64,000 nucleotides of DNA from Gemmatimonadales bacterium. Lineage in GTDB: Bacteria > Gemmatimonadota > Gemmatimonadetes > Gemmatimonadales > GWC2-71-9. The first letter of the stretch is position 1, and the number at the start of each line of letters is the position of its first letter. The position numbers and the translations under genes are program-made. Of the stretch, positions 1-9,361 are shown piece by piece. The stretch lies in assembly GCA_036004985.1 (NCBI GenBank), contig DASYQX010000049.1, forward strand, positions 18,377 to 82,376. The letters are read 5' to 3'. The notes beneath the pieces are model-generated. The model saw nothing but the letters and a program-made list of their open reading frames with translations. It did not search any database and was not told where the DNA came from.

Positions 1-2
1 CC

Positions 3-1490
3 GCCGCCGCCCCCGCCGCCGCGCTCGCCATCCTGCTCGGTTGCGGCGGCGACGCCGGGGGTCCGGCGCCGGCCGCCGCCCGCATCGACTACGTCGACGG
101 GGCGATCGAGCCCATCCTCGTGCGCGGGCAGCGGTTCGTCGTCGAGGGATTCGGGTTCGGCGCCGCGACGGGCCCCGGCGTCGTCAGCTTCCCTCGGACG
201 GGGGGGGGCGAGACCGAGGCCCCCGTGGTCGACTCCGCCTGGACGCCCTTCACGATCACCGCCACGGTACCGGACTCCGCCGCGTCGGGCCCCGCGACGT
301 TGACGGTCGTCACCGCGAGCGGCCGCCGTCTGACGGCGCCGGTGCATGTCCTCCCGCCACCAGCCTTCACCGCCGCCACGCTCAGCTGGACGGCGCGCGA
401 GCCGTTCCCTCGCGCGCCAGCGGGCGTCGCACTCGCCGCGGCGGAGTTCCCCGCGGGGACGACGCTCCGCGCCACGCTGTACGCCGCGGGGGGCGCGGAG
501 CCGTTCCCGAGCGGGGGCCAGCTCCTGATGACGCCGGACTCCGGCGTGTACGTCGCCCGTGCCGTCGTGAGCGGTGGCGGCGCGATCGACGCGTGGGTGC
601 GCCAACGTGACACGTCGGACGCCGTGCGGAGCCACGTGTTGCCGGTGCCCCGGGCGTTCGCCGCGGCCGCCATCGCGACGCGCTACAACTCGCGCCTCCC
701 CGGCAGCGCGCTCTACGTCATCGGCGGGATCGACGCGTCGGGCCGTGCCCAGGCGACGGTGCTGGGCGCGGACGTGACCGCCGACAGCGTGAGCCGCCGC
801 TTCCTCTTTTTGGAGGCGCTCCCCGCTCCCGTCGCCGGCGCCATCGCAGTGGTGCGCCGCGGCCGGATCTATGTGATCGGCGGGACCGACGCCCAGGGGC
901 GGCCGCAGCGCTCGGTGTTCGTCGGGCGGATCGGCGCCGACGGCCACATCGACGGCTGGTATCAGCAGCCGCTGCTCACCGGGCCCCGCGCCTACGGCGG
1001 CGGGGTGGTGCGGGACGGCCGGGTGGTGGCGATCGGCGGCGTGGCGGACAGCGTGCCCCCTGGCGGGGGACTGGACCCGGCGCCCCAGCGGCTGGTGACG
1101 AGCGACACGGCGCCCCTGAGCCTGGTGTCGGGATTCTTCACCGGCCCGTGGGGCCCCGGCCCCGCGGTCCTGCCGGAAGGCCGTTCGCAGTTTACTCTGC
1201 TCGACGTGGGCAACGCCGTGCTCGCGGTCGGAGGGATGTACGGCGGCGCTGCGAACAACGCCGCCGAGACCCTCGCCGCGGACGTGAGCGGCGACTCGCT
1301 GGGACCGTTCGCGGGCCCGGTGGGTGCCAACCAGATCTGGGAGCAGCTCTGTGGCGCCGAGGGGGCCGGGACGCTGGTGGGCCTCTCCGGTGTGACGTGG
1401 CGGGAGGCCGGCGGAACCCCACGCGGCCTCGTGCTCGGCGGCATCGACCTCGCCACTCGGCAGCGCCGCGCCTGCACCTGGGGTTTCTGA
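3..1490 (+). CDS. IPT/TIG plus Kelch-repeat lipoprotein, 5-prime end cut by the window edge
   Basis: The frame is open from the window edge. The first residues, AAALAILLGCGG, look like a lipoprotein signal with a lipobox, so the real start lies just upstream of nt 1 (the track starts it at GTG 120). A beta-sandwich-like segment (ATLTVVTASG) is followed by repeated YVIGG / VIGGTD / AIGGV / AVGGMYGG blades. Confidence 0.6.
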   Translation, partial: AAAPAAALAILLGCGGDAGGPAPAAARIDYVDGAIEPILVRGQRFVVEGFGFGAATGPGVVSFPRTGGGETEAPVVDSAWTPFTITATVPDSAASGPATLTVVTASGRRLTAPVHVLPPPAFTAATLSWTAREPFPRAPAGVALAAAEFPAGTTLRATLYAAGGAEPFPSGGQLLMTPDSGVYVARAVVSGGGAIDAWVRQRDTSDAVRSHVLPVPRAFAAAAIATRYNSRLPGSALYVIGGIDASGRAQATVLGADVTADSVSRRFLFLEALPAPVAGAIAVVRRGRIYVIGGTDAQGRPQRSVFVGRIGADGHIDGWYQQPLLTGPRAYGGGVVRDGRVVAIGGVADSVPPGGGLDPAPQRLVTSDTAPLSLVSGFFTGPWGPGPAVLPEGRSQFTLLDVGNAVLAVGGMYGGAANNAAETLAADVSGDSLGPFAGPVGANQIWEQLCGAEGAGTLVGLSGVTWREAGGTPRGLVLGGIDLATRQRRACTWGF

Positions 1491-1542
1491 TGGAGCCTCA
1501 GTCTATTAGCCTTGGGGAGCCGCTTTTCGAGGAGCCTACGCC

Positions 1543-2991
1543 ATGCGCACGCGGATGACTCTCGCACTGCTCGCGATCGCCGTCGTTCCTGCTCAGGCCC
1601 TCACAGGCCAGCGGGCTCATCAATTCGAGTTCGGCACGTTTGGATCGTTCACACGCTACGACCGCGCCTTCAACCTCGACAACCAGTTCGGGGGCGGGCT
1701 GCGGGTGGGCTACTTCTTCGGCCAAACCGTCGGCATCGAGGGCGACGCCGGCCGGCAGCAGCCGGCCGCGAAGAGCGGGCCCACCGACGCGACGCTTTGG
1801 CACGGGAGCGTCAGTCTCGTGCTGAACTTCGGGGCCGAGCGCAACATCTTCTATCTCCTCGGCGGCTACTCGCGGCTCGATTTCGAGGAATCGTTCCCCT
1901 ACCGCTTTACCGACAACGCCATGCACGGTGCCATCGGCGACCGGATCTTCCTCGGCGACCGGGTGGCGCTGCGGCTCGAAGCGCGGGCGATCTACGCGCC
2001 CACGACGGGCTTCGCCGGCGGCGACTGGGCCGGCCACATCGTCGGCTCGGTCGGCCTGTCGGCCTTTTTGGGGGCCGGCGCGATCCGCGACTTGGACCGC
2101 GACGGCGTCGCCGACCGGCGCGACACCTGCCCGGGCACGCCCACCGGCGCGGTCGTGGACCCGCAGGGCTGTCCCAGCGACTCCGACCGCGACAAGGTCT
2201 TCAACGGCCTCGACGCGTGCCCCAACACGATCGACGGCGCGCAGGTGGACGCCCGGGGCTGCCCCACCGACGCGGATGCAGACGGCGTGTCAGACGGGAT
2301 CGATCAATGCCCCGCGACCGCGACAGGGGCGCGGGTGGACGCCAAGGGCTGTCCCACGGACGCCGACGGCGACGCGGTTCCGGACGGCCCGGATCAGTGC
2401 CCCAACACACCGGCCGGGGCGACCGTGGATGCCACGGGCTGCCCCACGGACAGCGACAAGGACGGCGTCCCCGACGGGCTCGACAAGTGCCCCGGCACGG
2501 CGGCCGGTACCGAGGTCGACAGCGCGGGGTGCCAGCGCGCCAAGGACACCGACGGCGACGGCGTGGACGACTCGAAGGACAAGTGCCCGGGCACCGCCGC
2601 GGGCACACGCGTGGATGCCGCCGGCTGCCCCATCCTCTTTACCAGCGAGCGGACGCCGGTGGTGTTACGCGGCGTGACGTTCGAGGTGGGCAAGTCGGCG
2701 CTCAGGTCCGAGTCGTACGCGGTCCTCGACATCGTGGCCGCGTCGCTGGCGGCGAATCCCGATATCCGCATCGAGATCGCCGGGCACACCGACAACACGG
2801 GCTCCGCAGCGACGAACACCCGGCTGTCGCAGGCGCGGGCGGATCAGGTGCGGACGTACTTGGCGAGCAAAGGCGTGGCCCCGGACCGGATGGTCGCCAA
2901 GGGCTACGGCCCGACGATCCCGGTGGCCACGAATACGACGGCGGCGGGCCGAGCGCAGAACCGGCGTGTGGAGCTCCGTCAGCTCCCCTAG
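1543..2991 (+). CDS. OmpA-family outer-membrane protein: N-terminal beta-barrel, six thrombospondin type-3-like repeats, C-terminal OmpA domain
   Basis: Signal peptide MRTRMTLALLAIAVVPAQA. Six CPxTxxGxxVDxxGC units carry DxDxDGVxD calcium-binding-type motifs. The C-terminus has the OmpA signature (RIEIAGHTDNTGSAATNTRLSQARA...AQNRRVEL). GAGGAG lies about 9 nt upstream of the ATG. Confidence 0.9.
   Translation: MRTRMTLALLAIAVVPAQALTGQRAHQFEFGTFGSFTRYDRAFNLDNQFGGGLRVGYFFGQTVGIEGDAGRQQPAAKSGPTDATLWHGSVSLVLNFGAERNIFYLLGGYSRLDFEESFPYRFTDNAMHGAIGDRIFLGDRVALRLEARAIYAPTTGFAGGDWAGHIVGSVGLSAFLGAGAIRDLDRDGVADRRDTCPGTPTGAVVDPQGCPSDSDRDKVFNGLDACPNTIDGAQVDARGCPTDADADGVSDGIDQCPATATGARVDAKGCPTDADGDAVPDGPDQCPNTPAGATVDATGCPTDSDKDGVPDGLDKCPGTAAGTEVDSAGCQRAKDTDGDGVDDSKDKCPGTAAGTRVDAAGCPILFTSERTPVVLRGVTFEVGKSALRSESYAVLDIVAASLAANPDIRIEIAGHTDNTGSAATNTRLSQARADQVRTYLASKGVAPDRMVAKGYGPTIPVATNTTAAGRAQNRRVELRQLP
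2089..2630 (+). repeat. Coding tandem repeats (TSP3-like units) inside OmpA paralogue 1
   Basis: Recurrent DNA and protein motif ggctgcccc.c.gac / GCPTDxDxDGVxDGxDxCP, six units. Confidence 0.8.
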
Positions 2992-3007
2992 AGTGGAGGG
3001 CACCACC

Positions 3008-4669
3008 GTGAGGCTACTCGCGGCGCTGGGCTTGGCGTTCGTGTTGGGTTCGTCGGCGCTGTCGGCGCAGTACGAGCGCCGCTACGAGGTGGGCCTGTTC
3101 GGGGCGTTCACGAAGTACGACCAGACCTTCGGCCTCGCGAACAAGATCGGCGGCGGCGTTCGCTTCGCGTACGCCGTCACGCCGGCGGTGAGCCTGGAGT
3201 TCGAAGCGCTGTTCCAGCCGCCGCACACGGTCCCGCCCTCCACCGAAATCGAGCCGATCATCGGCGGCGGGAGCCTGGTGCTCAACGCCTTCAACCGGGA
3301 CCGGCTGTCGATCTACGTCCTGGCCGGGTACTCGCTGCTCGACTTCGGCAATTCCAACCCGTACCACTTCCACGACAACGGGGTTCACGGCGCGGTCGGC
3401 AGCCGCATGTTCTTCAGCGACCGGGTTGCGGTGCGATTCGAGGCCCGCGGGATCTACACCCCCCAAACGAACGGCGCATTCGGCCAAAAAACCGCCACGC
3501 ACATCGTCGGCTCCGCCGGGCTCGCGTTCTTCCAAGCCGACGCGGCCCCCGCGCTCGACTCCGACCGCGACCGCGTCGGCGACAAACGCGACGCCTGTCC
3601 CGACACGCCCAGCGGCGCCACCGTGGACAGGCGCGGCTGCCCGAGCGACGCCGACGCGGACGGCGTGTTCAACGGCATCGACGGCTGCCCCAACACGCCC
3701 ACCGGCGCCACGGTGGACGCGACCGGGTGCCCGCACGACCAGGACAGCGACAAGGTGCTCGACGGCATCGACCAGTGCCCCGACACGCCCGTCGGCGTCA
3801 CCGTGGACGTGAAAGGCTGTCCCCCGGATTCCGACGGCGACGGTGTGCACGACGGACTCGACAGGTGCCCCGATACCCCCGCCGGCGCGACCGTGGACCT
3901 GACCGGCTGCCCGATCGATTCGGACCAGGACACCGTCTGGGACGGACTGGACAGGTGCCCCGACACGCCGATCGGCGCGGTGGTCGACGTGTCCGGCTGC
4001 CCGGCCGACACGGACCGCGACGGCGTGGCCGACGGGATCGACAAGTGCCCCGACACGGTCGCCGGGACTCCGGTGGACGCGACCGGGTGCCCGGCCGACG
4101 GGGACAAGGACGGCGTCCCGGACAACCTCGACCGTTGCCCGAACACGCCGGCCGGCACACAGGTGGATGCGAACGGCTGCCCGCTCGCGAAGGATACTGA
4201 CGGCGACGGCGTGGTCGATCCGCAGGATCGTTGTCCCGGCACGCCGGCCGGCTCGAAAGTCGATCAGTTCGGATGCCTGCTGCTCTTCGAGGAGCGGGCG
4301 CCGGCGACGCCGGGCGCGCCCGCGCCGCGGCCAACGCTGATCCTGCAAGGTGTGAACTTCCGGGTCGGGCAGTCGGTGCTGACGCCCGAGTCGTACGCGA
4401 TTCTCGAGCAGGTCGCGGCGTCGCTCAGGGCGAACCCGGAGATCCGCATTGAGATCGCGGGTTACACTGACAGCACCGGCTCACGCCTGCTCAACACGCG
4501 CCTTTCGAACAACCGCGCCATCGCGGTGCGCTTCGCCCTCGCCCGCAGGGGCGTGATTCCGAGCCGCATGATCGCGCGCGGGTACGGACCGGCGAACCCC
4601 ATCGCGACGAATACGACGCCGGAGGGCCGGGCGCAGAATCGCCGGGTAGAGTTGCACAAGCTACCGTAG
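3008..4669 (+). CDS. OmpA-family outer-membrane protein paralogue with eight TSP3-like repeats
   Basis: Same architecture as the upstream gene. I chose GTG 3008 (VRLLAALGLAFVLGSSALSAQ signal peptide, GGAGGG 8 nt upstream) rather than the track start at 2966, which overlaps the previous gene. The C-terminus carries RIEIAGYTDSTGSRLLNTRLSNNRA...AQNRRVEL. Confidence 0.9.
   Translation: MRLLAALGLAFVLGSSALSAQYERRYEVGLFGAFTKYDQTFGLANKIGGGVRFAYAVTPAVSLEFEALFQPPHTVPPSTEIEPIIGGGSLVLNAFNRDRLSIYVLAGYSLLDFGNSNPYHFHDNGVHGAVGSRMFFSDRVAVRFEARGIYTPQTNGAFGQKTATHIVGSAGLAFFQADAAPALDSDRDRVGDKRDACPDTPSGATVDRRGCPSDADADGVFNGIDGCPNTPTGATVDATGCPHDQDSDKVLDGIDQCPDTPVGVTVDVKGCPPDSDGDGVHDGLDRCPDTPAGATVDLTGCPIDSDQDTVWDGLDRCPDTPIGAVVDVSGCPADTDRDGVADGIDKCPDTVAGTPVDATGCPADGDKDGVPDNLDRCPNTPAGTQVDANGCPLAKDTDGDGVVDPQDRCPGTPAGSKVDQFGCLLLFEERAPATPGAPAPRPTLILQGVNFRVGQSVLTPESYAILEQVAASLRANPEIRIEIAGYTDSTGSRLLNTRLSNNRAIAVRFALARRGVIPSRMIARGYGPANPIATNTTPEGRAQNRRVELHKLP
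3553..4275 (+). repeat. Coding tandem repeats (TSP3-like units) inside OmpA paralogue 2
   Basis: Eight CPxTPxGxxVDxxGCPxDxDxDGVxD units. Confidence 0.8.
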
Positions 4670-4796
4670 CACGCGCGCAACGGGCGGACGTGCAGAAGGG
4701 CGGTTGGGCGGTCGGCGCCGTACCCGGCCGCCCGTCGCGTCTCTGGGTCACACGTCGTAGTATTCTGCTCCCCATAGCGCAGCCGAGCGTCTCGTT

Positions 4797-6923
4797 ATGA
4801 AAACTCGCTGGCAAATCCCGCTGCTGGTGATCGCTGCTTGGACCGCCCGTCCGCCCGTCCGCCTGACCGCCCAGCAGAGGCCCTGGCAGGCGACCGACTA
4901 CTACAAACTGACGTTCGTCGCCGACCCCCGGCTGTCGCCCGACGGCCGCCGCGTGGCGTTCACCGTCACTACAGTCGTCGAAGACAAGGATCGCCGGCAC
5001 GGCGAGATCTGGATGGCCGCTGCGGACGGCTCGGCGCCGGCCTACCGCTACACGAGCCCGTCGACGGAAGCCTCGAGCCCCAGTTGGTCGCCCGACGGCT
5101 CGCTGCTCGCGTTTTCGAGCAGGCGGGAGGGGTCGGAGGAGGACGTGTGGTTCTTGCGCACGGGCGCCCCCGGCGGAGAGGCGTTCCAGGTCAAGGGCGT
5201 GCACGGCGCCCCCCTGTTCTCGCGGGACGGGCAGTGGCTGCTGTACGGCTGGCGCGGCGCGGAGCCGGACAGCGTGAAGCAGCAGACCTGGCGGACGCGG
5301 GTGTCGCCGGTCGCGATCACGCGGGGCCCGGACCCGAAGCGGTTCGACGGCCGGGTGTACACGTCGATTCCGATCGTCGCCGACGAGCGCGGCTTCTTGC
5401 CCCCCCGCGAAACGCGGCGACCGAGCCATCTGTACATCGTGCCGTTCGCCGGCGGGGCGGGCGGCGAAGCGCGCCAGCTCACGAGCGGCGACCTGAGTCA
5501 AACGAGCCCCGCGTGGTCGCCCGACGGGAAGACGATCGTCTTCGTGCAGGACTCGACGGAGACGATCGAAGTGCGCGACGAGCCGCGGCCGCAGCTCTAT
5601 CTGCTGACCGTGGCAGACGGCTCGATCCGCCAGCTCGCGACCGGTTTCCCGGAGAGCGGTGATCCCGCATGGTCGCCCGACGGCAAAGTGATCGCTTTCA
5701 GCTGCTCCAAGGGGCGCGGGCAAGAGAACGATCTGTGTGTCATCCCCGCGGGCGGCGGTGCGGCGCGCAACCTCACGGCCGACTGGTCGCTCGATCCCGG
5801 CTCGCCCGCCTGGTCGCCCGACGGCAAGACGCTGTACTTCAGCGCCGAGACCCGCGGCAACCTGCATCTGTTCGCGGTCGCCGCGACTGGGGGTGCCGTG
5901 CGGCAAGTCACCACGGGGGAGCGGCAACTGCGCGGTTTCTCGCACAGCGCCGACGGCCGCTCGGTCGCGTACGCGGCGAGTGACATCACGCATCCCGCCG
6001 AGGTGTTTGTGGCCACGCTGACCGGGGGGGGGGCGGGGGCGGGGGCAGAACGGCGCCTCACCTCGTTCAACGACTCGCTCCTCGCCAAAGTGGCGCTCAT
6101 CCCCGCCGACACGTTCTGGTTCACCGGGGTGGGCGGGCTCCGCATCCAGGGCTGGTTGATGAAGCCGCATGGCTACCAGTCCGGCAAGACCTACCCGCTC
6201 GTCCTCTCGATCCACGGCGGGCCCCACTCGAACTACGGCAATGTGTTGTTCCCGGAATTCCAGATGCTCGCCGGCCAGGGCTACTGGATGCTGTTCACCA
6301 ACCCGCGCGGCTCGAGCGGCTACGGGCACACGTTCACGTTCGCCACGCGCGGGCGGTGGGGAATGGAGGACTATCAGGACTTGATGCAGGCGGTGGACGT
6401 CGCGATCGCTCGCGGTGGGGTGGACACGACGCGGATGGCGGTGCTGGGTGGATCGTACGGCGGATTCATGACCAACTGGATCGTGGGCCACACCAATCGC
6501 TTCCGCGTGGCCCAAACCGACCGGTCGATTTTCAACTGGTACTCCTGGTACGGCTCGTCCGACGCCCAGGGGCTCACCGACTACGAGTTTTTCGGCGAGC
6601 CGTGGGCGGGGGGGGCAAGTGACTCGCTCTACCGCGTGCTGTCGCCGATGTCGTACGCCAAGAACATCCGCACGCCGATGCTGATCGTGCACAGCGAGGA
6701 CGACAAGCGCACGCCGATCACCGACGGCGAGCAACTGTTCCTGTGGCTCCGGAAGCGAGGCGTGCCGGCGGAATTCGTGCGCTATCCCCGCTCCTATCAC
6801 GGGCTGTCGCGCACCGGCCCGCCGTGGTTGCTGGTGGACCGGCTGGAGCGGATCCGCACCTGGTTCGCCCATTGGATCGGCACGGGGGACGCGCCGCCCG
6901 CGGCGGCAGCCAGCCTCCGTTGA
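4797..6923 (+). CDS. S9-family serine peptidase (acylaminoacyl-peptidase / prolyl oligopeptidase type) with an N-terminal beta-propeller
   Basis: Signal peptide; repeated SPxWSPDGK propeller motifs; catalytic-domain motifs HGGPH, GGSYGG (nucleophile elbow), HSEDDKRTP and YHGL. Confidence 0.9.
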   Translation: MKTRWQIPLLVIAAWTARPPVRLTAQQRPWQATDYYKLTFVADPRLSPDGRRVAFTVTTVVEDKDRRHGEIWMAAADGSAPAYRYTSPSTEASSPSWSPDGSLLAFSSRREGSEEDVWFLRTGAPGGEAFQVKGVHGAPLFSRDGQWLLYGWRGAEPDSVKQQTWRTRVSPVAITRGPDPKRFDGRVYTSIPIVADERGFLPPRETRRPSHLYIVPFAGGAGGEARQLTSGDLSQTSPAWSPDGKTIVFVQDSTETIEVRDEPRPQLYLLTVADGSIRQLATGFPESGDPAWSPDGKVIAFSCSKGRGQENDLCVIPAGGGAARNLTADWSLDPGSPAWSPDGKTLYFSAETRGNLHLFAVAATGGAVRQVTTGERQLRGFSHSADGRSVAYAASDITHPAEVFVATLTGGGAGAGAERRLTSFNDSLLAKVALIPADTFWFTGVGGLRIQGWLMKPHGYQSGKTYPLVLSIHGGPHSNYGNVLFPEFQMLAGQGYWMLFTNPRGSSGYGHTFTFATRGRWGMEDYQDLMQAVDVAIARGGVDTTRMAVLGGSYGGFMTNWIVGHTNRFRVAQTDRSIFNWYSWYGSSDAQGLTDYEFFGEPWAGGASDSLYRVLSPMSYAKNIRTPMLIVHSEDDKRTPITDGEQLFLWLRKRGVPAEFVRYPRSYHGLSRTGPPWLLVDRLERIRTWFAHWIGTGDAPPAAAASLR

Positions 6924-9310
6924 GGGCACGAGCCGGCGCGCTGCTCGCGGTCGTGGCGCTGTTGGCAGGTCCCGTCGCCGCGCAGCGACCGCCGGCGCGA
7001 CGGGCGGCCGCGCCGCGGCCCGCGATTCCGACGCCGCGGTCGGTGCTCGGGTTCGAACCGGGCGACGACCGCAAGCTGGCCGAGTGGCCCGTGCTGGTGC
7101 GCTATTTCCAGGCGCTGGCGCGGGCCAGCGACCGCGTGGACTACCGGGAGCTCGGACGCACGACGCTCGGCGCGCCGTTCGTCGCCGTGGTCATCTCCAG
7201 CCCGCAGAACCTCCGCCAGCTCGACCGCTACCGGCGCATCAACGCCGGCCTTGCCGATCCGCGCACGTTGCGCACCACACGTGACGCGCAGGAGGCGCTG
7301 CGCACCGGAAAGACGGTCGTCCTTATCACGTCGAGCATCCATTCGACGGAGGTCGGCGGGCACCTGTCACCGGTGCTGCTCGCGCACCGACTGGCCACGG
7401 ACACGAGCGCCGCCACCCGGGCGATCCTCGACAACGTGATCCTCTGGCTCGTCCCGTCGCTCAACCCGGACGGCGTGACGATCGTGAGCCGGTGGTATAA
7501 CCGCACCGTCGGGACTCCCGCCGAGGGCATGGCACCGCCCGAGCTGTACCACCACTACACCGGCCACGACAACAACCGCGACTGGTACGCGTTCACGCAG
7601 GTGGAGACCCGGCTCACGGTGGATTCGCTGTACAGCGTGTGGCATCCGCAGATCGTGCACGACATCCACCAGATGGGATCCGAGGGCGCGCGACTGTTCG
7701 TTCCGCCGTACCTCGATCCCATCGAGCCGAACGTCGACCCGCTGCTCGTGGACGGCGCCAACGCGCTCGGGACGGCGATGGCCTGGGAGCTCGCGGGCCA
7801 GGGGAAGACGGGCATTTCGACGAACTCGACGTACGACGCGTGGACACCCGCGCGGGCGTACCAGCACTATCACGGCGCGGTCCGCATCCTGTCGGAGACG
7901 GCGAGCGGGCAGCTGGCGTCCCCCGTGGATATCGCGTTCTCCAGGCTGGAGGCGCGCGCGCGCGGCTACAACCCGCGCGAGCGGTCGTGGAACTTCACCA
8001 ATCCGTGGCCCGGCGGCCGGTGGACGCTGCGCGACATCGTGAGCTATCAGACGGATGGCGCCTACGCGCTGCTGGTGCACGCCGCAGACTATCGCCAGCG
8101 CTGGCTGGCCAACTTTCTGTCCGTCGGGCGGCACGCCGTGCAGGGCTGGAAGGGCTGGCCGTACGCCTATGTCATCCCCGCGCGTCAGGACTCGGTCGCG
8201 CTCGCCACGCTGCTCGGCATCCTGGCGCGCGGCCAGGTCGAGATCCGGACGACGCAGCAATCGTTCACGATGCAGGGGCAGCGGTATGCCTCAGGAACGT
8301 TCGTGGTCGTGCTGCGCCAGCCATACGCCGCGTTCGCGAAAGCCTTGCTCGAAGTGCAACACTACCCCGACCGGCGGTTGTACCCCGGCGGACCGCCCGA
8401 ACGCCCGTACGACGTCACCGCCCACACCCTGCCGCTGCTCTTCGGACTCACGGCAGTCGCCGCTCCTGATTCGTTGCGGGTGCCACTCTCAGCGCCCGTC
8501 CCTGCGCCGCGGACCCTCACGCTCGTTTCCCCTCTCCCTAGCCAGGAGAGGGGGCCAGGGGGGGAGGCCGCGCCGCGCGTGGGATTGTACCGGTCGTACG
8601 CCGCGAAATCGGTCGGCGAGGAATCCTCCGGAGGGTCGATCGACGAAGGCTGGACCCGCTGGGTGTTCGACACGTGGAAGGTGCCCTACGTCTCCCTCGT
8701 CGACTCCGTCGCCCGGGGTGGCAAACTAAAGGACAAGTTCGACGTCATCGTGCTGCCCGACCAGGGGCCGCGCGAGTTGCTCGAGGGCCTGCCCGCGCGC
8801 CGCTATCCGGCCCCGTACGCCGGCGGCCTCGGCTCCGACGGGGCGGAGGCGCTTCGGCAGTTCGTCGTCGATGGCGGAACGCTGGTCGCGCTGAACGACG
8901 CGAGCCGCTTCGCGGTGCAGGCGTTGCTCCTGCCGGTGCGCAACGTGCTCGAGGCGGTGCCCGACGAGGACTTCTACGCGCCCGGCTCGATTTTCCGGTT
9001 GGAGCTCGACACCGCCCACGCCGTGGCGCGCGGCATGCCGCGCGAAACCGCCGCGTGGTTCCAGGGTGGGCCCGCGTTCGAAGTGCTCGATTCGTCGGTC
9101 GTCCGGGTCATCGGCCGCTGGCCGGACGACCCCACCCGCGTGCTGCTGTCCGGGTGGGTGCTGCATCCCGACCGCATCGCCGGGAAGGCCGGGCTGCTCG
9201 AGGTGCGCCAGGGCGCGGGACGCGTCATCCTGTTCGGCTTCCGGCCCCAGTACCGAGGCCAGAGCCTGGTCACTTACCCCTTGCTGTTCAACAGCTTACA
9301 GTTGAAGTAA
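6920..9310 (+). CDS. M14-family zinc carboxypeptidase-like protein, secreted
   Basis: Motifs SSIHSTEVGG (HxxE zinc ligands), SLNPDG and GHDNNRDWY. I infer the start at TTG 6920 (LRARAGALLAVVALLAGPVAAQ signal peptide), which forms a TTGA overlap with the stop of the upstream S9 gene. The track start at 6743 lies inside that gene. Confidence 0.8.
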   Translation: MRARAGALLAVVALLAGPVAAQRPPARRAAAPRPAIPTPRSVLGFEPGDDRKLAEWPVLVRYFQALARASDRVDYRELGRTTLGAPFVAVVISSPQNLRQLDRYRRINAGLADPRTLRTTRDAQEALRTGKTVVLITSSIHSTEVGGHLSPVLLAHRLATDTSAATRAILDNVILWLVPSLNPDGVTIVSRWYNRTVGTPAEGMAPPELYHHYTGHDNNRDWYAFTQVETRLTVDSLYSVWHPQIVHDIHQMGSEGARLFVPPYLDPIEPNVDPLLVDGANALGTAMAWELAGQGKTGISTNSTYDAWTPARAYQHYHGAVRILSETASGQLASPVDIAFSRLEARARGYNPRERSWNFTNPWPGGRWTLRDIVSYQTDGAYALLVHAADYRQRWLANFLSVGRHAVQGWKGWPYAYVIPARQDSVALATLLGILARGQVEIRTTQQSFTMQGQRYASGTFVVVLRQPYAAFAKALLEVQHYPDRRLYPGGPPERPYDVTAHTLPLLFGLTAVAAPDSLRVPLSAPVPAPRTLTLVSPLPSQERGPGGEAAPRVGLYRSYAAKSVGEESSGGSIDEGWTRWVFDTWKVPYVSLVDSVARGGKLKDKFDVIVLPDQGPRELLEGLPARRYPAPYAGGLGSDGAEALRQFVVDGGTLVALNDASRFAVQALLLPVRNVLEAVPDEDFYAPGSIFRLELDTAHAVARGMPRETAAWFQGGPAFEVLDSSVVRVIGRWPDDPTRVLLSGWVLHPDRIAGKAGLLEVRQGAGRVILFGFRPQYRGQSLVTYPLLFNSLQLK
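8529..8553. repeat. 9-bp-stem hairpin (cccctctcc / ggagagggg, 7-nt loop) embedded in frame in the M14 gene
   Basis: Read directly from the sequence. It encodes the low-complexity segment SPLPSQERGPGGE. Confidence 0.6.
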
Positions 9311-9361
9311 CCAGCGGGCTGCTTGCCTCGCTGCAGCCCGTTTCCTATCGTGGTAACCCCT

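Noticed and set aside
1512-3011. A 499-aa ORF overlapping OmpA paralogue 1 in another frame. Also 3014..4348 on the minus strand, over paralogue 2.
   Set aside because: The translations are low-complexity and Arg/Gly-rich. The OmpA frame has a signal peptide, TSP3 repeats and the OmpA signature.
4491-6929. An 812-aa ORF on the minus strand, antisense to the S9 peptidase gene. The similar long antisense or off-frame ORFs are 17687..19348, 23268..25385, 26644..28428, 39632..42382 and 44082..46088.
   Set aside because: Their translations are dominated by Arg, Gly, Pro and Ala with no recognisable motifs. The opposite strand or frame encodes proteins with clear catalytic signatures. This is the expected artefact of a high-GC genome with few stop codons.
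7045-7075. A tRNA T-loop-like sequence, gggttcgaaccgg.
   Set aside because: It lies inside the well-supported M14 coding frame (VLGFEPGDD). I could not build an acceptor, D or anticodon arm around it.
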